DNA of 13,640 bases from Deferribacterales bacterium. GTDB taxonomy: Bacteria > Chrysiogenota > Deferribacteres > Deferribacterales > Geovibrionaceae. The notes beneath the pieces were generated by a model that saw nothing but the letters and a program-made list of their open reading frames with translations, searched no databases and was not told the DNA's origin. Where the stretch lies: positions 1-13,640 of the forward strand of contig JBFWJG010000054.1 in the NCBI GenBank assembly GCA_050253335.1, read 5' to 3'. The position numbers were made by a program, and so were the translations under genes. Positions 1 to 8,647 of the stretch are shown piece by piece (position 1 is the stretch's first letter; each line of letters begins with the position of its first letter).

Positions 1-815
1 TTTTTCAGGTTCAGTTCAGTTTCTTCCCGTGAGTAAAGCACGGCATTCTCCGTAAGCATGGTGAGGGCTTCCGTCAGCGCTTCCCTGTCTCCGGTGTTTA
101 TGCTGTCGGATACGGCATTAAAGTTAATCTTTATTTTTTTTGTTTTGGCGTCATTTGTTTTCCGGCTTATGGCTTCTTTCATGCACTCAGATGCGAGAAA
201 ATCGGTGATTCTGAGCTTAAATCCGGATTTAAGCCTGCACAGCATTGTGGTTTTATGAACCAGTTCGGCTATCTGCTTTGCTCCCTGAAGAATAAGCTCC
301 GCCAGCTCACGGCTTTCTTTGTCCAGATCCGGATTTTCCAGAAGCATTTCCGCGGGGCCCACAATTGCCGAAAGAGGGGTTCTGGTTTCATGGGAAAAAA
401 TGTTGATTATGTCACGCTTGACTGAATCAACCTCCTCAAGGCGCTTGAGCTTGAGGAAAACCTTGATTTTCGCCAGCAGTTCATCATCGTTGAAGGGCTT
501 GGTTATATAGTCGTCCGCTCCCGCGTCATAGCCTTTGAGCCTGTCTTCTGTCATGGATTTGCCGGAGACGAGGATTATTTTTGTGAACCTGTGGGTTTCT
601 CCCGCGCGTATCCTCCGGCAGACCTCATACCCGTCCATTCCGGGCATCATAATATCCAGCAGGATTATGTCCGGCTTGAAAGCCTTCTCCGCTCTGAGCG
701 CCTCTTCCCCGCCGGAAGCGGCGGCGCAGGAGTATTCAGAGGCGAGTATCTCCATCATTATGTCAAGGTTGACCGGATCGTCGTCCACTATGAGGATTCT
801 GTGTTCGGATTCCAT
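1..815 (-). CDS. Hybrid response regulator receiver / histidine kinase (REC-HisKA-HATPase), 3' end outside window
   Basis: Not in the ORF track; translated by hand from ATG at 815 (GGAGG RBS at 821-825 on the - strand). MESEHRILIVDDDPVNL...DIILLDIMMPGMDGYEVC...GADDYITKPF is a receiver domain, followed by H-box FSHETRTPL and N-box LTMLTENAVLYS. Frame stays open to the window edge. Confidence 0.93.
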   Translation of the reverse strand, partial: MESEHRILIVDDDPVNLDIMMEILASEYSCAAASGGEEALRAEKAFKPDIILLDIMMPGMDGYEVCRRIRAGETHRFTKIILVSGKSMTEDRLKGYDAGADDYITKPFNDDELLAKIKVFLKLKRLEEVDSVKRDIINIFSHETRTPLSAIVGPAEMLLENPDLDKESRELAELILQGAKQIAELVHKTTMLCRLKSGFKLRITDFLASECMKEAISRKTNDAKTKKIKINFNAVSDSINTGDREALTEALTMLTENAVLYSREETELNLK

Positions 816-946
816 AAAAACCTCCGGCTGGTTCTGCTAATAATAAGGCTGTTTTTGCAGCACTTCAAGACTGCATTGCGGGTTGTTCTTGTTTATACTT
901 TTTTAGGATGTTATTATCCGTTTTTTGTTTCACAGGTGTTATAAAT

Positions 947-2128
947 ATGTACGCATTCCGCAGTAAAAGCAGAATAGTGGTAACCTGCGCCAAGGGGATA
1001 AACCCTTTTCTTGAGACGGAGCTTGAGGCTCTCGGTTACGTTATAAAAAATGAGCTCACCGCAGGGCTTGAGATTGAAGGCTCCATGAAGGATGCCATGA
1101 GGCTTAACCTCATGCTGAGAACAGGCAGCAGGGTTCTTTTCCAGCTTGCCCGTTTCCGTGCGGCGGGGCCCGATGAGCTTTACAGGGAAGTGAAAAAGCT
1201 CCCCTGGGAGGATATGCTCGACCCTTCCGGATATTTCAGCATAACCTCCTCCGTTCTTAATGACAACATAAGAGACACGAGATTTGCCAACCTCCGCTGC
1301 AAAGACGCAATTGCGGACAGGATGACGGCGAAACTGGGCAAAAGACCCAACACCGGCCCTGAACTAAACTCGGCGGTTCTCTTTCTTCACTGGAGGGAGG
1401 ATGAATGCGCCCTGTACATAGATACCTCGGGAGAGGCTCTCTCCAAGAGGGGATACAGGTATAACCCCATGATGGCGCCGATGACGGAAACTCTGGCTGC
1501 GGCCGTCATCATGAAAACCGGCTGGAAGGGGACGGACAATTTCATCAACCCAATGTGCGGCAGCGGCACTTTGGCCATTGAGGCGCTTATGAGCGCCCTT
1601 AACATGGCGGGCGGAATAATAAGACGCAACTTCGGCTTCATGCACATTTTAGGCTTCAATAAAAAAGAATGGAGCGATATACGAAACGACGCGCTCCGTG
1701 TGGTTAAGAAGGAGATTAAAGGGCAGGTCATCGTCTCTGATCATGATGAAAGATGCCTCAGGGCAGTGGAAGAGAACGCCGGATACGCCGGAGTTGAGGA
1801 GTATCTGGATTATCAGCTCTGCGATTTCCGTGACTGTACGGTTCCTGACGGCGGCGGGGTGGTTATACTGAACCCGGAATACGGCAAAAGGCTGGGCGAT
1901 GAAAAGCATCTTGAATCGGTTTACGGCAGCATAGGCGACTTTTTTAAAGCCAAGTGTCAGGGCTACAGGGGCTATATCTTCACCGGAAACATGAATCTGG
2001 CAAAGCACGTCGGTCTGCGGACTGCGTCCAAAACTGTTTTCTTCAACTCGAAAATAGAGTGCCGCCTGCTTGAATATGAGCTTTACAAAGGAACAAAGAA
2101 ACATCAGGATAAAGACGATGAAGCATAG
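947..2128 (+). CDS. THUMP-domain class I SAM-dependent RNA methyltransferase (RlmL/YpsC-like)
   Basis: Motifs DTSGEALSKRGYR, APMTETLAAA, NPMCGSGT, NPEYG and an N-terminal THUMP-like region. ATG at 947 follows AGGTG (934-938) and is preferred over the ORF-track start at 908. Confidence 0.9.
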   Translation: MYAFRSKSRIVVTCAKGINPFLETELEALGYVIKNELTAGLEIEGSMKDAMRLNLMLRTGSRVLFQLARFRAAGPDELYREVKKLPWEDMLDPSGYFSITSSVLNDNIRDTRFANLRCKDAIADRMTAKLGKRPNTGPELNSAVLFLHWREDECALYIDTSGEALSKRGYRYNPMMAPMTETLAAAVIMKTGWKGTDNFINPMCGSGTLAIEALMSALNMAGGIIRRNFGFMHILGFNKKEWSDIRNDALRVVKKEIKGQVIVSDHDERCLRAVEENAGYAGVEEYLDYQLCDFRDCTVPDGGGVVILNPEYGKRLGDEKHLESVYGSIGDFFKAKCQGYRGYIFTGNMNLAKHVGLRTASKTVFFNSKIECRLLEYELYKGTKKHQDKDDEA

Positions 2129-2144
2129 TCAAGGAGCAGAAACA

Positions 2145-2606
2145 ATGATCAAAAAAGTTCTTCTCTGCGCTTTCTGCGCGGTTTTTCTCAGTGCATGTCT
2201 CACTCCCAAGGAGTGCAGGGTGGCAAAAAATGTTCTCATCATGCCTGCGGACTACAGCACGTCAGAAGGGGCGGGTGTTGATTTCGGCAAAAATTTCCAG
2301 AAGCAGCTCACCGACGAAGTGACCTCAAAGTTCAAAGCGCTGAAGGTTAAGGAAGGTTTTGAAGGCGAAAACAGCGATCTCATAGTCCGCATCGTGGTTG
2401 TGGAGTATTCCGATCCGGTTTTCAGCGACAGCCTTGTGAATTCAGGCACGGGAAATGTTGAGGTTAGTGTCAGGATCTTCAGCGGAAAAGGCGCTTTCCT
2501 GAAGGAAACCTACATAATGCGTGACCTTAAAAAAGGCACGAAGGAAGAGGTTCTCAAAAGCATAGTCGATGAGGCTGTGACGTTTATAGATAAAAAGTGC
2601 CTTTAA
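2145..2606 (+). CDS. Small lipoprotein of unknown function
   Basis: AGGAG at 2132-2136, ATG at 2145. MIKKVLLCAFCAVFLSAC has a basic N-terminus, a hydrophobic core and an LSAC lipobox. Starts 16 bp after the methyltransferase stop. Confidence 0.8.
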   Translation: MIKKVLLCAFCAVFLSACLTPKECRVAKNVLIMPADYSTSEGAGVDFGKNFQKQLTDEVTSKFKALKVKEGFEGENSDLIVRIVVVEYSDPVFSDSLVNSGTGNVEVSVRIFSGKGAFLKETYIMRDLKKGTKEEVLKSIVDEAVTFIDKKCL

Positions 2607-2646
2607 TAAAGAAAGGGGCGGAAACTTTCCGCCCCTTATTGTTTTT
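2607..2646. terminator. Bidirectional rho-independent terminator
   Basis: AAGGGGCGGAA-act-TTCCGCCCCTT (2613-2637), A-rich on the left and T-rich on the right, between convergent stops at 2606 and 2665. Confidence 0.9.
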
Positions 2647-2664
2647 AAGTTTCTGTTGTCAGTA

Positions 2665-3729
2665 TTAAAAACCTAAGCTGAGTGTCACAACGTGTCTCTC
2701 ATCCTCAAGCTGTCCTGCGTATGCGCCAAGCTCTTCCTGATAGTAAGCGTAGTCAAGCGTTATGAAACGAAGATCCACGCCGAAGCCTGCCGTGAAGTAA
2801 CCCTGATGCAGACCGGTTCTGAGCGCGAGGGCTTTCCATTTCGCCTGTGCGCCGAGGTTCATTCTTTTTGCTATGTCGCTGTCCTGATCATTAGCCTGAA
2901 GCACATCCCTTAAATCGGCAACGAAGTCCGTGGAAACGGGGCCGAACTTGGGTGAGTATGCAACGGAAAGATTCAGTGTCGTTTCAAGGTCTTTGGCGTC
3001 TCCCATGTCTGCTGTGCCTATATTATTGACGGCAGCGCCCACCCTGAGGTTTGATGTGTCCTTGGGGGTTATATTGTAGATAACGCCCACATTCGCGAGA
3101 ATGCCTGTTCCTTCCTCAAGGTCGTCTTCGATTATCTGGTCAAAGTCGTCGCTTGCTATGTCCGCAACAGAGTAAGTCTCGCTGAGGCTCTGCCTGTTCA
3201 TAAGGATTACGCTCACGCCCACATCAAGCTTGTCGCTCATGAATGAGCGTGACATCCCGCCGATCACGCCGTAGTCAATAACAGCGTCCGCGTCAAGCTC
3301 CGGGAACATTCTGTTTCTGGCTATGCCTGTAACCTGCGCGCTGGCGAAAACGCCGAGAGAGAAGTTCTTTCTGTAGTATGCGGGGAAGAATGTGCCGTTG
3401 AAGTTCTGATAATCGCCTATGATATCACGGAGAAAATCGGCAACTTCCGCTTCATCGTCCCAGTCCGTGTCGCTGTATGCGTTTTTATTGTCCTGAAGAT
3501 TTTCGTTCGCGCCTATCTGAAGGTTCAGTATGCTCCATCTGGATTTGTCTATCCTCGCGAGTCCTGCGGGGTTGTAGAAAAGAGTGTACTGATCCTCGCC
3601 CATTGCGTAGTAAGCGTCACCCATGCCGAGTGCTTTTGTTGAGCGGACTATGGATGGATATTCCAGAGAAGCCGCGAACAGAACCGAGGGCAGTATGAGC
3701 ACTGTTAAAAGAATAAGCAGTTTTTTCAT
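2665..3729 (-). CDS. Outer-membrane beta-barrel protein, FadL/PorV/TraF_2-like
   Basis: Signal peptide MKKLLILLTVLILPSVLFA. N-terminal STKALGMGDAYYAMGEDQYTLFYNPAGLA motif typical of the FadL/PorV/TraF_2 clan. Alternating amphipathic strands and a C-terminal beta-signal ending in Phe (HVVTLSLGF). Confidence 0.85.
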   Translation of the reverse strand: MKKLLILLTVLILPSVLFAASLEYPSIVRSTKALGMGDAYYAMGEDQYTLFYNPAGLARIDKSRWSILNLQIGANENLQDNKNAYSDTDWDDEAEVADFLRDIIGDYQNFNGTFFPAYYRKNFSLGVFASAQVTGIARNRMFPELDADAVIDYGVIGGMSRSFMSDKLDVGVSVILMNRQSLSETYSVADIASDDFDQIIEDDLEEGTGILANVGVIYNITPKDTSNLRVGAAVNNIGTADMGDAKDLETTLNLSVAYSPKFGPVSTDFVADLRDVLQANDQDSDIAKRMNLGAQAKWKALALRTGLHQGYFTAGFGVDLRFITLDYAYYQEELGAYAGQLEDERHVVTLSLGF

Positions 3730-4574
3730 TATATTATCCCCCCGACTATTACGTTGTTGATATAGCTTGCAATATCAGCGGCATTATATGTGTTTTCGGG
3801 AGCTTCCTGATCAAGATCGTTGAGGAATTCTTCGAAGTCTTCCTTGATGTCGCTGGTGTCGCCGCCTTTGACGCTGGTGAAAACATCAATGGCGCCGGAT
3901 ATTGCCGTGAGGTCTCTGTCTATGCGGGCGTTTGCTTCTGCTTCGTCATTTTCAGCGCTCGCGTTGTTAACAACATCCTGAGTGAGAACCACAGCGCCGT
4001 TGAGAGCTTCCGTGATGCCTTCCTCAGTGAGTGTGAGGGAATCGGCGCCGCTGACGTCAAGAACGGTTTTCGCCACGATAAGGGTTATGTCCAGTGCGCC
4101 CAGGACACCTTTCATGGTTTTTACGTCCTTGTCTGCGGAGTTGTCGTCAAGTGCGTTGAAAGCGTTTTCTATCTCTGTAAGGTAAACTGAGATCGCAATG
4201 GATGCAGCCGCTCTGTCGGATGTTGAGCCTGCCGGATCCGCGAGGATTTCATCTCCGCCGAATATGGATGCTATAACATCGAAGGTGTCGAGATCCGTGT
4301 CTGCGACTTCAATAAGGTTGATGAAGTCCACATTGACTCTTCCGAGGTACGCTGACGCAAGGTAGACCTGTTCCTTGGGCGTAAGATTGGATTTTGCGGA
4401 AAGTTTTGTGATGACGTATTCATAATTGCCGTCATCAAGCGAGGTCTGAATTTTGAATTCCTCCGCCTCGCTGCTGCTGTCATCCGCCGCATCCTCGAAA
4501 AGGTTTGTGCCGCCGCATCCCGTAAAGGTAAGAGCAAGCAGCAGAATACTGAGAAGTACTGCCAGTTTTTTCAT
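3729..4574 (-). CDS. Acidic, predicted helical lipoprotein of unknown function
   Basis: MKKLAVLLSILLLALTFTGC lipobox. AAGGGG RBS upstream. Stop overlaps the barrel start (TAATG at 3727-3731). Confidence 0.85.
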   Translation of the reverse strand: MKKLAVLLSILLLALTFTGCGGTNLFEDAADDSSSEAEEFKIQTSLDDGNYEYVITKLSAKSNLTPKEQVYLASAYLGRVNVDFINLIEVADTDLDTFDVIASIFGGDEILADPAGSTSDRAAASIAISVYLTEIENAFNALDDNSADKDVKTMKGVLGALDITLIVAKTVLDVSGADSLTLTEEGITEALNGAVVLTQDVVNNASAENDEAEANARIDRDLTAISGAIDVFTSVKGGDTSDIKEDFEEFLNDLDQEAPENTYNAADIASYINNVIVGGII

Positions 4575-4708
4575 GTTAAACCCCTTTGTTGGTTGAATTA
4601 AATTATACTACCATAAGCATGATAATATTTAAACAAAGGTTAATATAAAAGGTCATTTTACCGAAGGCGGCAATTGCTCTGTTGCTGTTTTTTATCTGAG
4701 GGAGTATC

Positions 4709-5791
4709 ATGAAAACTATGACTGCGAAGCTTATTTTACTTGTGTTTTTGTGTTTTTTTATCTCAGGGAATGCTTTTACCGCTGATCTTGCCTCCATGAC
4801 CGGACAGATGATTATGATAGGTGTAAAAGACACATCCCCTGAAGGTATGTCTCTTGTTAAGAAGCAGATAAATCAGGGGAAAATAGGCGGCGTGGTGCTC
4901 TATAAATACAATATAGACAACCCTGCGCAGATAAAGAAGCTTAACCGTGATTTAAAAGCGGCAGTCCCTGAGGATTCGCCCGTTCTGTTAACCGCGGTTG
5001 ATCAGGAAGGGGGAAAGGTTCAGCGCCTTGTGGCGGAAAAAGGGTTCAGAAGCTTTCTCTCCCATCAGGAAACAGCAGAGAAACACACCCACGAAGAGGC
5101 TTTCATACAATATTCCGAAATGGCGCAGGACCTTGCGGATTCAGGTTTCAATGTTAATTTCGCTCCGTCCGCCGATCTCAGCATAAATCCGGATTCACCC
5201 GTTATAGGCAGGCTGGGCAGAAGCTTTTCCGCCGATGCTGAAACTGTCGCTCTGTACGCGGGGGAGTTCGTCAAGGCGCACAGCAGGGCGGGCATTGTGA
5301 CTTCTCTGAAACACTTCCCCGGACACGGTAGCGCGCTGAACGATTCGCATCTGGGATTTACGGATGTTACCGGAACATGGACGGAAAAAGAGCTTGAACC
5401 CTTCAGGCTTCTCATAGACAGAGGCCTTGCCGTATCTGTTATGACTGCCCATGTTTTTAACTCTGAAATTGACCCTCTTTACCCCGCGACAATGTCGAAG
5501 AAGCATCTTGACATGCTCCGCAGGGATATGGGTTATGACGGGGTGATATTCACGGACGACCTCCAGATGGGCGCCGTGAGGGACAACTTCACTCTGGAAG
5601 AGGCTGTAATACGCGCCGTGCAGGCAGGGGCGGATGTGCTTGTGTACTCCAACTTCTTTTTCAATGATCCGCAGTTTCCCGAAAAAGCGGCAGAGATAAT
5701 AAGAAAAGCCGTTGAAACGGGGCAGATCAGTTCCGAGTCTATAAAGGCTTCATACTCAAGGATTATGAAGCTTAAACAGAATCTCCGTTAA
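4709..5791 (+). CDS. nagZ: Glycoside hydrolase family 3 beta-N-acetylhexosaminidase (NagZ-like) with signal peptide
   Basis: DQEGGKVQRL, KHFPGHGSALNDSH (the NagZ KHFPGHG-x4-DSH signature), MTAH, FTDDLQM. GAGGGAG RBS upstream of ATG 4709. Confidence 0.9.
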   Translation: MKTMTAKLILLVFLCFFISGNAFTADLASMTGQMIMIGVKDTSPEGMSLVKKQINQGKIGGVVLYKYNIDNPAQIKKLNRDLKAAVPEDSPVLLTAVDQEGGKVQRLVAEKGFRSFLSHQETAEKHTHEEAFIQYSEMAQDLADSGFNVNFAPSADLSINPDSPVIGRLGRSFSADAETVALYAGEFVKAHSRAGIVTSLKHFPGHGSALNDSHLGFTDVTGTWTEKELEPFRLLIDRGLAVSVMTAHVFNSEIDPLYPATMSKKHLDMLRRDMGYDGVIFTDDLQMGAVRDNFTLEEAVIRAVQAGADVLVYSNFFFNDPQFPEKAAEIIRKAVETGQISSESIKASYSRIMKLKQNLR

Positions 5792-6920
5792 ACATAACCC
5801 CCATAACGCTCCCCGTCAGCAGCCAGATTAGCATCGCCACTTCGGAATCTCCCATATTATTTTCCGTCATTCCGCAGAGAAGGAAGGCCACAAAAGCCGC
5901 AAGAACGGGGTATGCATAGTGTATGTTTCTTTTAGATGCCTTTATCAGCTCCCGCGCTATCCCGCCCAGCAGTATCAAAAGAGCGGTGAGACCCGTTAAC
6001 CCGTAGATCACCGCTTGATAAAGGTAGGAGTTGTGGGAGTGAGCCCTTGAGGAGATGGGCTTGCTGTTGTATTTGTCCACATATTTCTTGAAATTGCCGT
6101 AACCGATGCCGAAAACGGGGTTGTCTCTTATTATTTTCAGCGATGTCTGCCAGAGAACAATCCTCGTTCCGAAGGATGATTTGCTGTCGGCGAATTCTGA
6201 TTTGTTAAAGTCATCATATCTTTCCTGCAGTGAACCGCTGAAAGTGAGAGCGGCGGCGCAGATAATTATTATTCCCGCGGCGGCGGCAAGCCCCTTTTTC
6301 CCGAACAGGGGTATCATCATCACGCAGATTGTGACAATGAGGCTGAGCATAGGCCCCCTTGAACCGGAAAGAAGCAGAGCGGCAAACATAAGGACAGCGG
6401 CGCAGATATGAAAAAGCTTTTCTTTTCTGTTTGTTATGTTCCTGCTGAGTGCGGCGAAAACAGACAGGGATATGAGAATGACAAGGGAATTTCCGTATGT
6501 GAGAGAGTGGCTGAAAAAGCCGTCTGCCCTGTTGAAATGGTGGAGTGTGCCGTATGCGGCATAAAATTCCGCAATGCCGTACACGGCGGAAACAGCCCCG
6601 CCTGCGGAGGCGGAGAGAGCAACGGCCCTGAGGCTGTCCCTTCCCGTGACTGCGAACATAGCGGCGGGTATGTAGGCCAGTATCCAGAAATTTTTAATTG
6701 ATTTTATCTTGTTATCCAGATCAGGCGCGAACAGCGCAGTGAGAACAGCGCTGGCAAAAACAGCGGCTATGAAAATAAAAATTCTGCTTCTGAATATTGA
6801 TAAGTCGCCTTCTTTGTATATTGTCCACATGCACCAGACAATCATTACCCCAAGCATAATCTGCGAAGCACTGATGGAGATGGATTGAGAAAAACCAGTC
6901 AGGGGAAGTATATAGTTCAT
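5772..6920 (-). CDS. O-antigen ligase (WaaL/Wzy_C) family membrane protein
   Basis: Many hydrophobic TM segments. RADGFFSH, LLLSGSRG, RIVLW..SLKIIRDNPVFGIGYGNF and HSHNSYL motifs. AGGAG RBS upstream (6929-6933 on the - strand). Confidence 0.88.
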   Translation of the reverse strand: MNYILPLTGFSQSISISASQIMLGVMIVWCMWTIYKEGDLSIFRSRIFIFIAAVFASAVLTALFAPDLDNKIKSIKNFWILAYIPAAMFAVTGRDSLRAVALSASAGGAVSAVYGIAEFYAAYGTLHHFNRADGFFSHSLTYGNSLVILISLSVFAALSRNITNRKEKLFHICAAVLMFAALLLSGSRGPMLSLIVTICVMMIPLFGKKGLAAAAGIIIICAAALTFSGSLQERYDDFNKSEFADSKSSFGTRIVLWQTSLKIIRDNPVFGIGYGNFKKYVDKYNSKPISSRAHSHNSYLYQAVIYGLTGLTALLILLGGIARELIKASKRNIHYAYPVLAAFVAFLLCGMTENNMGDSEVAMLIWLLTGSVMGVMFNGDSV

Positions 6921-6941
6921 TGTTTAGGCTCCTTGAGTTTT

Positions 6942-8582
6942 TTACCCGTTCAATTCTTCGAGCACCCGCAGTATCTCGGGCAGAAGCTGTTTCTTTCTGG
7001 AGAGAACACCGGGCAGGTCGAAGCAGAAATCCTCGGTTCTGTTATAGGCGAGTATTTTCTCCGCCGCCTCAAAGCCTGTGGTGAGAAGTATGCTTTTCTC
7101 CATGATTATATCTGTCACAAGAAGCATTCCCCAGTCCAGTCCTTTTTCGGAGGTATTTTTCTTAATCTCTTCAAGCAGTGTTTCCTTGACTTCATCCATC
7201 TCCTGAAGGGTCACGACTTCCACCTGACTTATGCCGACCTTAACCCCGTATTCCTCGTATATCTTGAAGTCGGTGTTGATGATGCCTTTAGGTTCTCTGG
7301 TTTTGAGGCTGTCCGTGGCGGAGAAGATCTCCACTCCGTATTCCTCGTAGTTTATTCCTGCAGTCTCCGCCAGAGCCGTCACTGCCCGCTTGTCCTCTTC
7401 CGTGGTTGTGGGCGATTTAAGAATGACGGTGTCGGACAGTATGCCGGAAAGCAGGATGCAGGCTGTTTCCCTGTCTATCTCAACTCCGTTTATTATATAC
7501 TGCTGATAGACAAGGGTGCAGGTGCTCCCCACCGGTTTTGCGAAGAAGTGTATGGGTGTTTTGGTTTTTATTGTGCCTAGCCTGTGATGATCCACAATCT
7601 CATGGATCAGCGCCGTCTCTGCACCGTCAACCGCCTGCGAGAGCTCGTTGTGATCCATGAGGATCAGCCCTTTCTGAGTTTTTTTGATGAGATCGGAGCG
7701 GGTGATAATGCCTATCAGCCTGTTGTCCCGCAGAACGGGAAGCCCTTTATGGTCAATCTGAAGAAGCTTTTCCTTAACCTCTTCCAGATAATCGCTTTCG
7801 TCCACTGAGGGGATGTCTGTTTTCATCACAGCCTTTGTGGGTATGCTGAGCTGGAGGCGGCGCACTGTTTCGGCAGTGTCCAGTTCGGAAATGAAAACCC
7901 AGCCTTCATAGCCTGAGAAATCAAGATCCACATCGCTTTCATCCCTTATTCCCGTGAGGATTATGGCGGGGAGCTGGCTTTTCACCGCGTATTCGATTAT
8001 GTCCCTTCGTTTGCCGACTATAAGCACTATGTCTTTTGATTTCTGAAGCTCCATTCTCGCCCTGAATCTGTCATAGGGCATGGCGCCGATCATCACTGTC
8101 GCCTTGAACTCTTCCTTTTTTCCGCGGACATAGTTATACCCGCCTATGACCTTTTCAAAGTTTTCCGCCCTGAAATGAAATACGGGCTTTGTGGTTACAT
8201 CTTTTGTAGCTAGGAAGTCCGAAAGCTCGAATATGCTTACTATCCCCTTGAAAACATTTCCGCCCTCAACGACAGGAGTGATGCGGATTTTGAGCTCGTC
8301 TATGTTTCTGATTACGCCGAAAAGCGGTTCGTTTTCGTTCAGGGCAATGACCTGTCTGGTCATGACATCGCTCACGCGGGGGTAAACGTCTTTTATGAAA
8401 ACAGGGGGTGTTACGCCGAATTTATCGAATATGAATCTTGTCTGTTTGTTCAGGTTCCCGCACCTTGCGGCTGTGTATATATTTTCCGGAGCAAGCCTGT
8501 TTTTGAGCTTTGCGTATGCGTATGCCGAGGCTATGGAATCAGTGTCGGGGTTTTTATGCCCCACAACGTATATTTCAGGCAT
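6942..8582 (-). CDS. ppaC: Family II Mn/Co-dependent inorganic pyrophosphatase with CBS-DRTGG-CBS insert (CBS-PPase)
   Basis: GHKNPDTDS, DHNE, DHH, ILSDT and C-terminal SRKKQ motifs, with a central CBS/DRTGG-like insert. ATG at 8582 (MPEIYVVG) follows GAGGTGG; 546 aa. Confidence 0.95.
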   Translation of the reverse strand: MPEIYVVGHKNPDTDSIASAYAYAKLKNRLAPENIYTAARCGNLNKQTRFIFDKFGVTPPVFIKDVYPRVSDVMTRQVIALNENEPLFGVIRNIDELKIRITPVVEGGNVFKGIVSIFELSDFLATKDVTTKPVFHFRAENFEKVIGGYNYVRGKKEEFKATVMIGAMPYDRFRARMELQKSKDIVLIVGKRRDIIEYAVKSQLPAIILTGIRDESDVDLDFSGYEGWVFISELDTAETVRRLQLSIPTKAVMKTDIPSVDESDYLEEVKEKLLQIDHKGLPVLRDNRLIGIITRSDLIKKTQKGLILMDHNELSQAVDGAETALIHEIVDHHRLGTIKTKTPIHFFAKPVGSTCTLVYQQYIINGVEIDRETACILLSGILSDTVILKSPTTTEEDKRAVTALAETAGINYEEYGVEIFSATDSLKTREPKGIINTDFKIYEEYGVKVGISQVEVVTLQEMDEVKETLLEEIKKNTSEKGLDWGMLLVTDIIMEKSILLTTGFEAAEKILAYNRTEDFCFDLPGVLSRKKQLLPEILRVLEELNG

Positions 8583-8647
8583 CTGCGCCACCTCTGTAAA
8601 AATAATTCTGAACGATAACAGGGAATATCTGTTAACGCAAGCGGACA

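Noticed and set aside
856..875. TGCAG-N10-CTGCA inverted repeat in the kinase/methyltransferase intergenic region
   Set aside because: Arms are only 5 bp, so it cannot be distinguished from chance.
926..941. parS-like TGTTTCAC half-site (GTTTCACAGGT also recurs near 12190)
   Set aside because: The second half of the palindrome is absent. One copy overlaps an RBS and the other is inside ppx coding sequence, so the match is likely chance.
58..944. Plus-strand ORFs 58-258, 319-510, 535-840 and 591-944
   Set aside because: Antisense shadows of the hybrid kinase gene with no recognisable motifs.
2665..3729. Conjugative element implied by TraF-like similarity
   Set aside because: No relaxase, T4SS, integrase or att repeats in the window, and the flanks are housekeeping genes.
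4575..4708. AT-rich divergent intergenic region as a possible ncRNA, riboswitch or sigma54 promoter
   Set aside because: No stable hairpins and the GG/GC spacing is wrong for sigma54. Only a lone minus-strand TATAAT (4602-4607) without a convincing -35.
6885..7580. 231-aa plus-strand ORF and other short ORFs opposite ppaC, waaL and SRPBCC
   Set aside because: Fully antisense to well-supported genes and without recognisable motifs.
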